Assembly: GCA_902765395.1 (NCBI GenBank)
Contig: CACWZP010000011.1
Span: 50,031-114,030 of the forward strand
Origin: an uncultured Eubacteriales bacterium
Lineage (GTDB): Bacteria; Bacillota; Clostridia; Christensenellales; Aristaeellaceae
Reading direction: 5' to 3'
DNA: 64,000 nt
Position numbers and translations under genes: made by a program. The notes beneath the pieces are model-generated. The model did not search any database. It was given only the letters and a program-made list of their open reading frames with translations, and was not told the origin of the DNA. Positions 21,428 to 31,178 of the stretch are shown one piece after another (position 1 is the stretch's first letter; every line of letters begins with the position of its first letter).

Positions 21428-22510
21428 ATGAGTCGAGTTTACAACTTCGCCCCCGGTCCCTCCACGATGCCCCAGGAAGTGCTGGAAACCGCAGCGCGGG
21501 AAATGCTGGATTACCAGGGCACCGGCATGTGCGTAGCCGAGATGAGCCACCGCTCCAAGCAGTACCAGGCCATCTTTGACGAGACCGAGGCCACGCTGCG
21601 TGACCTGATGCACATTCCCGAGACCTACGCGGTGCTGTTCCTCCAGGGCGGCGCCACAAGCCAGTTCGCCGCCATCCCCATGAACCTGATGACCGGCAGC
21701 GGCAGCGCCGATTACGTGGACAGCGGCAACTTTGCCCACGGCGCGCTGGTGGAGGCGAAAAAGTACGGCAATGTTCACGTGGTGGCTTCCTCGAAGGAGG
21801 ACAACTACGCCTATATCCCCAAGCTGAACAAGGCCGACTTCGATCCCAAGGCGGATTATTTCTATATCACCACCAACAACACCATCTACGGCACCCGCTA
21901 TTATGAGCTGCCCGACACTGGCAGCGTGCCGCTGGTGGCGGACATGTCCTCCAATATCCTCAGCGAGGTCTACGACATCAACAAATTCGGCGTGGCCTAT
22001 GCCGGCGCCCAGAAGAACGTGGGTCCCGCGGGCCTGACCATCGTCATCGCCCGGCGCGACCTGCTGGGCCGGGCCATGCCCAACACCCCCAAGATCATGG
22101 ACTGGAAGATCATGGACGAGAAGGGCAGCATGCTGAACACCCCGCCCACCTACGCCATCTACATGGCCGGCCTGTGCATGAAGTGGCTGAAGAAGCAGGG
22201 CGGCGTGGAGGCCATCGAGAAGGTGAACATCGAAAAGGCCAAGCTGCTGTATGACCTGCTGGACGACAGCGATTTCTATCGCCCCACGGCCAGCGCCGAG
22301 TCCCGCAGCCGCATGAATGTCACCTTCACCACCCCCAGCCCCGAGCTGGACGCCGCGTTTGTGAAGGCCGCCGCCGACAACGGCATGGTGAACCTGAAGG
22401 GCCACCGCGTGGTGGGCGGCATCCGCGCCAGCATCTACAACGCCATGCCCATGGAGGGCGTGAAGAAGCTGGCCGAGTTCATGAAGAAGTTTGAGATGGA
22501 GAACAAGTAA
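21428..22510 (+). CDS. serC: Phosphoserine aminotransferase SerC
   Basis: SerC-like N-terminus VYNFAPGPSTMPQEVL. About 360 aa. Followed by a serA-like gene. Confidence 0.92.
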   Translation: MSRVYNFAPGPSTMPQEVLETAAREMLDYQGTGMCVAEMSHRSKQYQAIFDETEATLRDLMHIPETYAVLFLQGGATSQFAAIPMNLMTGSGSADYVDSGNFAHGALVEAKKYGNVHVVASSKEDNYAYIPKLNKADFDPKADYFYITTNNTIYGTRYYELPDTGSVPLVADMSSNILSEVYDINKFGVAYAGAQKNVGPAGLTIVIARRDLLGRAMPNTPKIMDWKIMDEKGSMLNTPPTYAIYMAGLCMKWLKKQGGVEAIEKVNIEKAKLLYDLLDDSDFYRPTASAESRSRMNVTFTTPSPELDAAFVKAAADNGMVNLKGHRVVGGIRASIYNAMPMEGVKKLAEFMKKFEMENK

Positions 22511-22564
22511 CGATTTCCGGTGAAGTCCTGCGGCTTCGCCCGGACCAATCGCGCACAAATCAAG

Positions 22565-22660
22565 AAGATCCTTCGACTGCGCTGACGCTCCGCTCAGGAT
22601 GACACCCCCTTGGCTGTGATGTCATTCTGAGCGGAGGCGAAGCCGGAGCCGAAGAATCTT
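22565..22660. repeat. Palindromic intergenic element, GTCATYCTGAGCGGAG...CGAAGRATCTT family (copy A)
   Basis: Two arms of about 40 nt in inverted orientation with a 17-nt spacer. Lies between serC and serA. Confidence 0.85.
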
Positions 22661-22683
22661 TGACAGATCAAAAGGTGAGTATT

Positions 22684-23853
22684 ATGTATAACATCAAGAA
22701 GCTGAATTCCATTTCCCCGGTCTACCACGGCATCCTGGCGGACAACGAGTTCCTGGTCAGCTCCGAGGTGGACAATCCGGACGGCATCATCGTCCGCAGC
22801 GCCAACATGCACGACATGCCCATCAACGACAACCTGCTGGCCGTGGGCCGCGCGGGAGCGGGCGTGAACAACATTCCCCTGGACGCCATGGCCGAGCACG
22901 GCGTGGTGGTGTTCAACAGCCCCGGCGCCAACGCCAACGCCGTGAAGGAGCTGGTGCTGGCGGGCCTGCTGCTGTCCAGCCGCAAGATCGCCCAGGGCAT
23001 CCAGTGGTGCGAGGGCCTCGCCGATGGCGAAACCACCGTTGAAAAGCAGGTGGAGGCCGGCAAGAAGCAGTTCGTCGGCCCGGAGCTGGCGGGCAAGACC
23101 CTGGGCGTCATCGGCCTGGGCGCCATCGGATTGCAGGTGGCCAACGCGGGCGTGGCCCTGGGCATGGATGTGCTGGGCTATGACCCCTACATCTCCGTGG
23201 ACAACGCCTGGCGGCTGTCCCGCGCCGTGCGCCACGCCATGAGCCTGGACGAGGTGATCGAAAAGAGCGACTACATCACCCTGCATGTGCCGCTGACCGA
23301 CACCAACAAGGGCATGATCGACGCCGGCGCCATCTCCCACATGAAGAACAGCGCGGCGCTGCTGAACTTCGCCCGCGGCGGGCTGGTGAACGTGGAGGAC
23401 GTGAAGGAAGCCCTGGAGAACGGCCAGCTGCGCTGCTACATCACCGACTTCCCCGAGGCCTCGCTGGTGGGCGCGAAGGGCGTCATACTGACCCCCCACC
23501 TGGGCGCTTCCACCCCCGAGAGCGAGGACAACTGCGTGCGCATGGTGGCCAAGCAGCTGAACGACTACATCAAGTACGGCTCCATCGTGAACAGCGTGAA
23601 CTATCCCAACTGCCCCATGGGCAAGCCCACGATGCCCCGCATCTCCATCCTGCACAAGAACGTGCCGAAGGTCATCGGCGCCATCACCCAGATCATCTCC
23701 GGCGAGGGCCTGAACATCGAAAACATGGTGAACCAGTCCCGCGGGGCCTATGCCTACACCGTGCTGGACGTGGACGCCAAGCCCAGCGCCCTGCTGCGCA
23801 AGAAGCTGCTGGAGCTGGACACCGTGTATCGCGCGCGCCTGCTGATGCCGTAG
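22684..23853 (+). CDS. serA: D-3-phosphoglycerate dehydrogenase-type 2-hydroxyacid dehydrogenase with C-terminal ACT-like domain
   Basis: NAD motif GVIGLGAIGLQVA. Sits in serC context. AAAGGTGAG RBS before ATG 22684. Confidence 0.85.
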   Translation: MYNIKKLNSISPVYHGILADNEFLVSSEVDNPDGIIVRSANMHDMPINDNLLAVGRAGAGVNNIPLDAMAEHGVVVFNSPGANANAVKELVLAGLLLSSRKIAQGIQWCEGLADGETTVEKQVEAGKKQFVGPELAGKTLGVIGLGAIGLQVANAGVALGMDVLGYDPYISVDNAWRLSRAVRHAMSLDEVIEKSDYITLHVPLTDTNKGMIDAGAISHMKNSAALLNFARGGLVNVEDVKEALENGQLRCYITDFPEASLVGAKGVILTPHLGASTPESEDNCVRMVAKQLNDYIKYGSIVNSVNYPNCPMGKPTMPRISILHKNVPKVIGAITQIISGEGLNIENMVNQSRGAYAYTVLDVDAKPSALLRKKLLELDTVYRARLLMP

Positions 23854-23862
23854 TTCTTAATT

Positions 23863-23961
23863 GGGAATGAGGAATGAGGAATCATAGACAGATAGTGCGA
23901 GGCTGCGATTTCGCGTCAGCCGCAAACTACATTCCTCATTCCTCATTTTTCATTCCTCATT
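23863..23961. repeat. Palindromic intergenic element, GAATGAGGAAT family (copy 2)
   Basis: GGGAATGAGGAATGAGGAAT faces ATTCCTCATTCCTCATTTTTCATTCCTCATT. Confidence 0.75.
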
Positions 23962-23976
23962 GTGGAGGTTTTGTTG

Positions 23977-25200
23977 ATGTACAACGCTTTGCATACCGCC
24001 GAGATATTGCTGCCGAACAGGAATGTCGATTTATCGAAGTGGGCCGTGGTCGCCTGCGACCAGTTCACCGCCCAGCCGGAGTACTGGGAAAGGGCGCGGG
24101 CCGTGGCGGGCGGCGCGCCTTCTGCGCTGAACCTGGTGCTGCCGGAGGTGTGGCTGGGTGAGAGCGAGCGGCGCATCCCCGCCATCCGCGAGGCCATGCA
24201 CCGATACCTGTCCGACGGCACGCTGGTGAGCGCGGTGAAGGACGGCTTCGTGCTGGTTCAGCGGCAGACCTCCGCAGGGGTGCGCCCCGGGCTGGTGGCG
24301 GCGCTGGATCTGGACGAGTACGACTACGAGACCGGCAACCCCGGCCTGATCCGCGCCACCGAAGGCACGGTGCTGGAGCGGGTGCCGCCCCGGGCGAAGG
24401 TGCGCGCGGGCGCGAGCGTGGAGCTGCCCCACGTGATGATGCTGATCGACGACCCGGGCATGACGGTGATCGAGCCGCTGCTGGACAGCACGGACGCGCT
24501 GCGCCAGCTGTACGACTTCGACCTGATGCTTTCCGGCGGGCACATCCGCGGCTGGGCCGTGGAGGGTGCGGACGCCGCGAAGGTGTCGGAGGCTGTCGAC
24601 GCGCTGCTTGAGAAGTCCGACGGGCTGCTCTATGCCGTGGGCGACGGCAACCACTCCCTGGCGGCGGCCAAGCGCTGCTGGAAGGAGATCTCCGCCAGCC
24701 TGACCCCCGAGGAGCGCAAGAGCCATCCCGCCCGCTTCGCGCTGGTGGAGCTGGTGAACCTGGCTTGCCCGGCGCTGGTGTTCGAGCCCATCCACCGGGC
24801 GTTGTTCGGCGTTCAGCCGGAGGCGCTGATGGCGGAGTACCGGGCGTATCTGGCCGAAAACGGCGCGGATGAGGGCGGGGGGGACGACCTCATCGCCTTC
24901 GACGGCGCGGGGAACGAATGGCGCTTCAAGTCCACCGAGCACCCGCTGCGGCTGCTGCAGGCGTTCCTGGACGGGTACCTGGCCCGCCACCCGGAGGCCT
25001 CCATCGACTACATCCACGGCGAGGACGCCCTGCGCGCGCTGGTCAGCCGCCCGGACACCCTGGGCTTCATGCCCCGGGCCTTCGACAAGTCCGGCCTGTT
25101 CGACTTCATCCGCCGCTTTGGCGTGCTGCCCCGCAAGACCTTCTCCATGGGCGAGGCCACTGACAAGCGGTACTACCTGGAGGCCAGGAAGATCGTCTGA
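23977..25200 (+). CDS. DUF1015-family protein
   Basis: Pattern LLPNRNVDLSKWAVVACDQFTAQPEYW is typical of DUF1015. This family commonly neighbours serA/serC. Confidence 0.75.
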   Translation: MYNALHTAEILLPNRNVDLSKWAVVACDQFTAQPEYWERARAVAGGAPSALNLVLPEVWLGESERRIPAIREAMHRYLSDGTLVSAVKDGFVLVQRQTSAGVRPGLVAALDLDEYDYETGNPGLIRATEGTVLERVPPRAKVRAGASVELPHVMMLIDDPGMTVIEPLLDSTDALRQLYDFDLMLSGGHIRGWAVEGADAAKVSEAVDALLEKSDGLLYAVGDGNHSLAAAKRCWKEISASLTPEERKSHPARFALVELVNLACPALVFEPIHRALFGVQPEALMAEYRAYLAENGADEGGGDDLIAFDGAGNEWRFKSTEHPLRLLQAFLDGYLARHPEASIDYIHGEDALRALVSRPDTLGFMPRAFDKSGLFDFIRRFGVLPRKTFSMGEATDKRYYLEARKIV

Positions 25201-25493
25201 GTACACGGACGGTATTGACGCCAAAAGCCTTCCCTGCGGGGAAGGTGGCTCCGCGAAGCGGAGATGGAAGAGGTCTCCGGATGTAATGTCCCGCGCACTC
25301 ATTATAACAGAGGCGCGGGGCATTCCTTTAAGGACCTCATTCGACTTCGCCAAGGTGACGAGTTGTCTGCTCGGCCACCTATCGCGGGCTTTCGAGTCCA
25401 TCTAGCTGAAAAACGTCCATTGGATATTTATCCGGGCACTCGATGTCCCAGAGGGGAAGACATAGTAATGAACTGCCACAGATGAGCAAACCG

Positions 25494-25522
25494 TTGCAAT
25501 ACAATGTTAAGTTTGTTATAAT
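25494..25522 (+). promoter_or_regulatory. Predicted strong promoter of the AT-rich cassette
   Basis: TTGCAA, a 17-nt spacer, then TGtTATAAT (extended -10). Confidence 0.6.
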
Positions 25523-25559
25523 GTTTTTACCACAGGAATGACGAATGGAGGCTGAAAAC

Positions 25560-26456
25560 ATGAGACAGCAGAAGAAACAAACTGATGGTGTTTTGGGTTT
25601 GATTCAGAAAGCAGTAACCGATGCTGCCAATACAGCTGGAAACCTTGGAGCGGCTGCGGTTTCTGGCGTTGTAAATGCAACCAATACTGTCGGCGAAACT
25701 GTATCTGGAGTGGTACGTAAAGTTGGAGATCAGGCGACTAAAGCGATGGATGTTAATGGCGATGGAAAGCTTGATGAAAAAGACGTACTGGAAGCACTTG
25801 GATCTATTTACGGAACTGCAATCAACGGTATTCCTTCGGTGAGTAAACCTATATCAGTGTTTTCAGAGGAGTACCTGGAACGTTCGCCAGATGCGAAAAC
25901 GGCAGCGCGCAAAATGATTGATAACGCTATAATGAAGTGTACTACGTCAGGGTTTCTAACTGGCTTTGGAGGCTTGATTACTCTACCTGTTACATTGCCG
26001 GCGAATGTTACCAGTGTGCTTTATATACAACTCCGCATGATAGCTTCCATAGCGTATCTTGCAGGGCTGGATGTGAAGAGCGACATTACACAAACATTGG
26101 TTTATGCAAGTCTGGCTGGCGTGAGTGTTGCAGAAGTTATAAAAAAAGCAGGGATACAGTTTGGCCAAAAACTGACTAATGCAATGGTTCAAAAGATTCC
26201 GGGAAAAGCTCTGATTGCTATAAATAAGAAGGTGGGGTTTCGATTTGTAACTAAATTCGGGGAAAAGGGGATAATAAACATTGGCAAAATGATTCCTGTT
26301 GTCGGAGCTGTAATCAGCGGAGGCTTTGATTTGGCAGAAACGAGGATTATAGCAGATCGAGCGTTCAGAGAGTTTTTTGAAGGTGATTATACAAAGAATG
26401 TTATTGATATGGACGATGTGATTGAAGTAGAGGCAGATAGCGAAGTGGATGAATAG
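25560..26456 (+). CDS. EcsC-family-like protein with N-terminal EF-hand-like loop
   Basis: GGAGG 8 nt before ATG 25560. EF-hand-like DVNGDGKLDEKD. EcsC-like core (TSGFLTGFGGLITLPVTLPANVTSVLYIQLRMIASIAYLAG). AT-rich codon usage unlike the neighbours. Confidence 0.7.
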   Translation: MRQQKKQTDGVLGLIQKAVTDAANTAGNLGAAAVSGVVNATNTVGETVSGVVRKVGDQATKAMDVNGDGKLDEKDVLEALGSIYGTAINGIPSVSKPISVFSEEYLERSPDAKTAARKMIDNAIMKCTTSGFLTGFGGLITLPVTLPANVTSVLYIQLRMIASIAYLAGLDVKSDITQTLVYASLAGVSVAEVIKKAGIQFGQKLTNAMVQKIPGKALIAINKKVGFRFVTKFGEKGIINIGKMIPVVGAVISGGFDLAETRIIADRAFREFFEGDYTKNVIDMDDVIEVEADSEVDE

Positions 26457-26477
26457 ACCAAAGAAGGAGGTAGACAG

Positions 26478-26687
26478 ATGATACTTTGGGAGGTCACCAA
26501 AGCAGCTGTTTCTTTCACAGCATTTAAGATCCAAGCAAATCTTCCGACAGTTTTGATAAAAGGGGCGGAAATAGGGGATGCCGTCGCTAAGGTAGCTATA
26601 CCTGTATTAGAAGTTACAAATGAAGGCTTGAAGATTGTCAATAAAGGTGTAGATCGAGTGTGCAAGGAAATAAAGAAGATTGTGTGA
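26478..26687 (+). CDS. Small hypothetical protein (69 aa)
   Basis: GAAGGAGG 7 nt before the ATG. Same AT-rich composition as the upstream gene. Followed by a terminator. Confidence 0.55.
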   Translation: MILWEVTKAAVSFTAFKIQANLPTVLIKGAEIGDAVAKVAIPVLEVTNEGLKIVNKGVDRVCKEIKKIV

Positions 26688-26698
26688 TAGCATATTTG

Positions 26699-26742
26699 AA
26701 AAACAAACTGCCCTGCTAACAAACAGAGCAGTTTGTTTTTTC
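26699..26742. terminator. Bidirectional terminator (AT-rich cassette / GH9 gene)
   Basis: AAACAAACTGC...GCAGTTTGTTT stem followed by TTTTC. A-run on the other side. Confidence 0.75.
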
Positions 26743-26749
26743 TGTCCTG

Positions 26750-28468
26750 TCACTTGATCCCCGCCAGCAGCAGCGTCAGGGGACTGTTCCAGTAGACGCA
26801 GATCTCGTTGGTGGAGTAGCTGTTCAGGTTGTCCACGTAACACTTGGCGGGAGCCTTGCCGCGCAGCACGCTCATGGCGGTGGGGTCGTTCAGGCCGTTG
26901 TTGGGGCCGCCTACCAGCATGCCGGGCATGGCCTGGTGCCGCGCGCCGGAGGGCCGGTGATGGGGGTGCTTGGGGCTGAGGGTGCCGAAGCCGGTGACGA
27001 AGCAGTAGCCGGTGGCGTTGCGGCCCAGCAGGTAGTCCAGCGAATGCTGGGCCCGGGCCTTCAGACTGTCGTCGCCCAGCAGGCCGGCCCCCAGCGTCAG
27101 CAGCGCGCCGGTGTTGGCGACGCCCATGTTGGAACCCCACTCATAGGTCATCTCCCGGTCCGCGCCGTAGGGATTGGCCTTGATCAGCTTCAGCGCGTCG
27201 TCCAGCGTAGACTGAAGTTCCGCCTTCGCCGCCTGGCGCAGGGCATCGTCCTCGCTCAGGCCGTCGTCCGTCAGCACCGCCAGGATGCCGTAGGTGCCCA
27301 CGTCTTCCCAGCCCATGCCGCGCCGCTTGCCGCCGTCCTCCATGAACTCGCTGGCGGCCTGGCGGTAGACGTCCTTGCCGGTGGCCTTTAAAAGCTCCGC
27401 CGCGGCCCAGAAGTACTCGTCGGCGTCGTGCTCGTCGCCGTATTCGCCGGTGACCACGTCCGGCGGGTTTTTGAAGCCCGGGTCGCCGCGGTGGGCGTCC
27501 AGGTAGCTCCAGGCCAGCTCAGCGGCCTCCAGGTAGTGGGCGGCTTCCTCGGGCCAGTCGGCGGCGTAGACCCGGGACGCCCAGGCCATCACGGCGGCGA
27601 AATCGCCGGTGGCGGCGTTGGATACGGGGCTGACGATCATGTCGCCGATCTCCTTTTCCGGCATCAGGAAGCCGGGGAAGCCCGCGCCGGTGACCTTGTG
27701 ATACACGCCGCCGTCCGCGCGCTGCATCTTCAGCATCCAGTCCAGCTCGAACTTGACCTCCTGCAGCAGATCGTCCAGGCCGTCGCCGCTCTCGGGGATG
27801 CCGATGGCGTCGCTGCGCACGCCGTAGGCCTCGTAGGTCAGCAGGATGTCCGCCACGGTCTTGGCGCCGGAGACGATATAGCGGCCGTAGTCGCCGGCGT
27901 CGTGCCAGCCGCCGTCCACGTCGATCTTCTCATCCGTGCCGTACACGATGGCCGGGCCGCTGTGGCACACGGGGTGGGCATAGGTGCCGGCGTGTTCCTC
28001 GTCCAGCTCCACGCAGCAGCGCTGCAGGTACAGCATCTTGATGGTGGCGGTGAACAGCTCGTCGTACACGCCCTCGCCCACGTCGAACTCGGGGGAAGCC
28101 AGGTCGCCGCTGAGCACGCGATAGCGGCCGGGCCCGGACAGGGCGGTGAAGTCCGCCACGCGGTTCACCTCGCCCGCGCCGGGGTTGTCCACGGGCGCGG
28201 ACCACTGGCCCTCGAAGGCGGTCTCGCCGGTCTGGACGTTCACCACGCGGAAGCTGTCCGCAGCGGCTTCGGCGTCGGGCAGCACGGCGGTCTTGATCGC
28301 GCCGGGCAGAAAGCCCAGCTGGTTGACGCGGATGGTGGTATCGGTCACGGTGGTCATCTCCTCTTGTTCGGCCAGGGCCGGGATCATGGTCAGCGCCGCC
28401 AGCAGCAGCGCCAGCGCAAGGGCAAGCCCCCTGCGGCGGGGAAATCGGGACGGTGCGCGCTTCTTCAT
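26750..28468 (-). CDS. Glycoside hydrolase family 9 endoglucanase with N-terminal Ig-like domain
   Basis: Signal peptide MKKRAPSRFPRRRGLALALALLLAALTMIPALA. CelD_N-like IRVNQLGFLPG. GH9 signature WHDAGDYGRY. Confidence 0.88.
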   Translation of the reverse strand: MKKRAPSRFPRRRGLALALALLLAALTMIPALAEQEEMTTVTDTTIRVNQLGFLPGAIKTAVLPDAEAAADSFRVVNVQTGETAFEGQWSAPVDNPGAGEVNRVADFTALSGPGRYRVLSGDLASPEFDVGEGVYDELFTATIKMLYLQRCCVELDEEHAGTYAHPVCHSGPAIVYGTDEKIDVDGGWHDAGDYGRYIVSGAKTVADILLTYEAYGVRSDAIGIPESGDGLDDLLQEVKFELDWMLKMQRADGGVYHKVTGAGFPGFLMPEKEIGDMIVSPVSNAATGDFAAVMAWASRVYAADWPEEAAHYLEAAELAWSYLDAHRGDPGFKNPPDVVTGEYGDEHDADEYFWAAAELLKATGKDVYRQAASEFMEDGGKRRGMGWEDVGTYGILAVLTDDGLSEDDALRQAAKAELQSTLDDALKLIKANPYGADREMTYEWGSNMGVANTGALLTLGAGLLGDDSLKARAQHSLDYLLGRNATGYCFVTGFGTLSPKHPHHRPSGARHQAMPGMLVGGPNNGLNDPTAMSVLRGKAPAKCYVDNLNSYSTNEICVYWNSPLTLLLAGIK

Positions 28469-28682
28469 GGCGAACAGCTCCTTTTCTGATGGTCGCCGAT
28501 CCCGGCAGCGCCTCGTCGGCCGCCGACGGATCAAGGACAGTATACCACATTCCTCCGAAGCTGTCCATGCCATGTGATTACAATAAATCAAGGACATCTG
28601 CCAATAATCCCTTTTCAAAAATGACATGATGTGCTATAATTTCTGGGTGATAAGTTGCGATACTGTAAATCGCGACCCAGCC

Positions 28683-30635
28683 ATGGATTCCGTTTCAATG
28701 CAGGACACGAGGTGGACAGACATGCCGCGCTACAGCTTTTCCGCCAGCTATTCCCCGGTGGGGGACCTGTTGGTGGTGTCCATATGCCTCGTGATGTTCA
28801 TATTGATGCTCTTTTCCTACAACCGGCGCACCAGCAGCTTCAGGATATTCCTGGTGACGGTGGCGACGCTGGTCGTCGCGTGCTACGCGGACGTGGCCTT
28901 CAATATGCTGGCCACGCTGCACAAGGAGCGGTTCCTGCCCATTGTGAAGGTGATGCGGTGCGTGTACCACGCCTCGCTGTTCATCATATTCTTCCTGTTC
29001 GTGCTCTACATAGGCGACGTCACCCAGCTGAACCAAAAGCGCCGGCTGCGCAACACGCTCATCGCCGGGCTGATCCTGCTTGTGGTGGTGGGCGTGGACG
29101 TGTACGACACGGTGCGTGGCACCAGCGTTGTGATGGGGGACGACAGGCTGTCGTTCCAGAGCCGGGGCGTGTTCTTCTACGGCTATGTGGCCTATGTGGC
29201 GTTGATCCTGGTGCTGATGACCGCCGTGCGCAAGCGGCTGTACCGCCGTGTGATGCTGGGCTTCTACGGCACGATGGCGATGTCCTTCGTGGTGCTGCTG
29301 GTGCAGGGCGCGCACGGCCAGTCCTCCTTCACGGCGGCCACGTTCCTCTATCCCATGATTGGCATGTTCTACATCATGCACGCCAGTCCCTATGACGCCG
29401 CCATTGGCGCTATCGACAGCCGGGGCCTGGAGGATACGGTGAAGTACAACCTGGAAAACAGGAAGGAATTCGGCTTCCTGAGCCTGTACATGCACGCCTT
29501 TGACGAGGAGGGCAAGAGCCTGCCCACCCACCTGCAGGCCACCATCCGCCGCTTCGCCACCGATTTCTTCCGCGGCGCGATGCTGTTCCAGGTGGGCAAG
29601 GGGCACTGGATGCTGATCTATCCCATCGCCCGCAACCGAAACCACGAAAAGCGCACCAAGGCCATGCTGGACGCCTTCCAGGCGGAGTATCGCCTGTTCC
29701 AGTACGACTACAAGATCGTGGTGGGCAAGTCCATCGACGAGGTGAGCCGCAGGAACGAGTACGCCTCCTTCATCCGCGACATCCACCGCACCATCCCCGA
29801 AAACACGGTCTACACCGTCGGCCCCGAGGACGTGAAGCGGTTCAACTCCAACGAATACGTGCTCCGCGAGCTGGAGGACATCTATAAGAAGCGGGATCTG
29901 AACGATCCCAGGGTGCTGGTCTACTGCCAGCCGGTGCTGAACATCCGCACCGGCAGGTACGACACCGCCGAGGCGCTGATGCGGCTGAAGCTGGAGCGCA
30001 CGGGCCTGGTGTACCCGGACCGGTTCATTCCCCTGGCGGAGGAATACGGCTACATCCACGTGCTGACGGAGATCATACTGAACAAGACCTGCCGCCAGGT
30101 GCGCCGCCTGATGGAGCAGCACTACGCCGTGACGCGGGTGTCGATCAACGTGTCGGTGCTGGAGCTGAAGCTGGAGCGCTTCTGCGAGGACATCACCCGC
30201 GTCATCAGGCGCAACGACATCCCCGGCGAGAAGATCGCCATTGAGCTGACCGAGAGCATGACCGACAGCGACTTCATCCTGATGAAGGACAAGATCAGCC
30301 AGCTGAAGGAGCAGGGCATCAAGTTCTACCTGGACGACTTCGGCACCGGCTATTCCAACCTGGAGCGCATCATGGGCCTGCCCTTCGACATCATCAAGTT
30401 CGACCGCTCCCTGGTGGTCGCCTGCAGCGCCAGCGAGCGGTCCCACCGGATCGTGAACGGCCTGGCCAACATGCTGGCCCAGCTGGACTACGCGGTGCTG
30501 TTCGAGGGCGTGGAGACCGCCGGCGACGAGACCATGTGCGAGGGCATGTCCGCCTCCTATCTCCAGGGCTACAAGTACTCCAAGCCCGTGCCCATCGAGA
30601 AGCTGGCCGAATACTTTGAGAAGGAAGCGGCGTGA
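28683..30635 (+). CDS. Membrane-anchored EAL-domain c-di-GMP phosphodiesterase (degenerate GGDEF-like linker)
   Basis: Five to six N-terminal TM segments. EAL motifs TAEALMRL, IAIELTES, YLDDFGTGYSNL and KFDRSLV. The start is uncertain (28626 or 28683). Confidence 0.85.
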   Translation: MDSVSMQDTRWTDMPRYSFSASYSPVGDLLVVSICLVMFILMLFSYNRRTSSFRIFLVTVATLVVACYADVAFNMLATLHKERFLPIVKVMRCVYHASLFIIFFLFVLYIGDVTQLNQKRRLRNTLIAGLILLVVVGVDVYDTVRGTSVVMGDDRLSFQSRGVFFYGYVAYVALILVLMTAVRKRLYRRVMLGFYGTMAMSFVVLLVQGAHGQSSFTAATFLYPMIGMFYIMHASPYDAAIGAIDSRGLEDTVKYNLENRKEFGFLSLYMHAFDEEGKSLPTHLQATIRRFATDFFRGAMLFQVGKGHWMLIYPIARNRNHEKRTKAMLDAFQAEYRLFQYDYKIVVGKSIDEVSRRNEYASFIRDIHRTIPENTVYTVGPEDVKRFNSNEYVLRELEDIYKKRDLNDPRVLVYCQPVLNIRTGRYDTAEALMRLKLERTGLVYPDRFIPLAEEYGYIHVLTEIILNKTCRQVRRLMEQHYAVTRVSINVSVLELKLERFCEDITRVIRRNDIPGEKIAIELTESMTDSDFILMKDKISQLKEQGIKFYLDDFGTGYSNLERIMGLPFDIIKFDRSLVVACSASERSHRIVNGLANMLAQLDYAVLFEGVETAGDETMCEGMSASYLQGYKYSKPVPIEKLAEYFEKEAA

Positions 30636-30729
30636 CCGAACGGCGCAGGCACGGGGTTTCCCAACGGTTTTCCGCCTGGAGCGGCCAGCATCCCAAACCC
30701 CGCTACAACCAATGTTGCTTATTCAAGAA

Positions 30730-30821
30730 AAGATTCTTCGACTCCGGCTTCGCCTTCGCCCGGAATGACAGGCATGCGATGTGTCATCCTGGGCGGAGCG
30801 TCAGCGCAGTCGAAGGATCTT
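30730..30821. repeat. Palindromic element, GTCATYCTGAGCGGAG family (copy B, inverted relative to A)
   Basis: AAGATTCTTCGACTCCGGCTTCGCCTTCGCCCGGAATGAC, a 13-nt spacer, then GTCATCCTGGGCGGAGCGTCAGCGCAGTCGAAGGATCTT. Confidence 0.85.
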
Positions 30822-30881
30822 TTTCGATCTTCTTCCTGAATGACATGGCCGCTTCGAAGGGCTTTATCGCACCTGAAAATG

Positions 30882-30910
30882 TAGACGGGACGGCTGTTTC
30901 CTGTTATAAT
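30882..30910 (+). promoter_or_regulatory. Predicted promoter upstream of decayed permease gene
   Basis: TAGACG, a 17-nt spacer, then TGtTATAAT (extended -10). Confidence 0.5.
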
Positions 30911-31020
30911 ATAGTGGAAATGGCGGGACGGGCCGGCATCAGTCGGCCGAGATGCGCAAACCAAACGGGATGGTCTCGCCTGCGATAGGGTCAACCCTGC
31001 CTTTGGACTGAATCGAGTAT

Positions 31021-31178
31021 ATGGATATGGCAAACGTATTTGATCGGAACCGGCGGCTGAGCCCCTACCTGTCCCCGGCGGGGGCCTGGGCGCTGGCGTG
31101 AGGTTCGCTGGTCATCACCAGCACCACCTACCTGCCCCAGGCGGGCCCGCTGGGCAGCATACTGGGCATGCTGGGGGC
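31021..31178 (+). pseudogene. N-terminal fragment of an amino-acid (APC-type) permease with in-frame TGA
   Basis: Reads MDMANVFDRNRRLSPYLSPAGAWALA-stop(TGA 31096)-GSLVITSTTYLPQAGPLGSILGMLG, then the frame is lost. The permease assignment is tentative. Confidence 0.5.

Noticed and set aside
30632-30988. ORFs running through the palindromic repeat elements. Also 34541-34905(-), 35968-36100(+) and 8679-8882(-).
   Set aside because: Their peptide sequences are dictated by the repeat arms (FFDSGFA..., ...ILSGA...). They recur in both orientations and lack RBSs.
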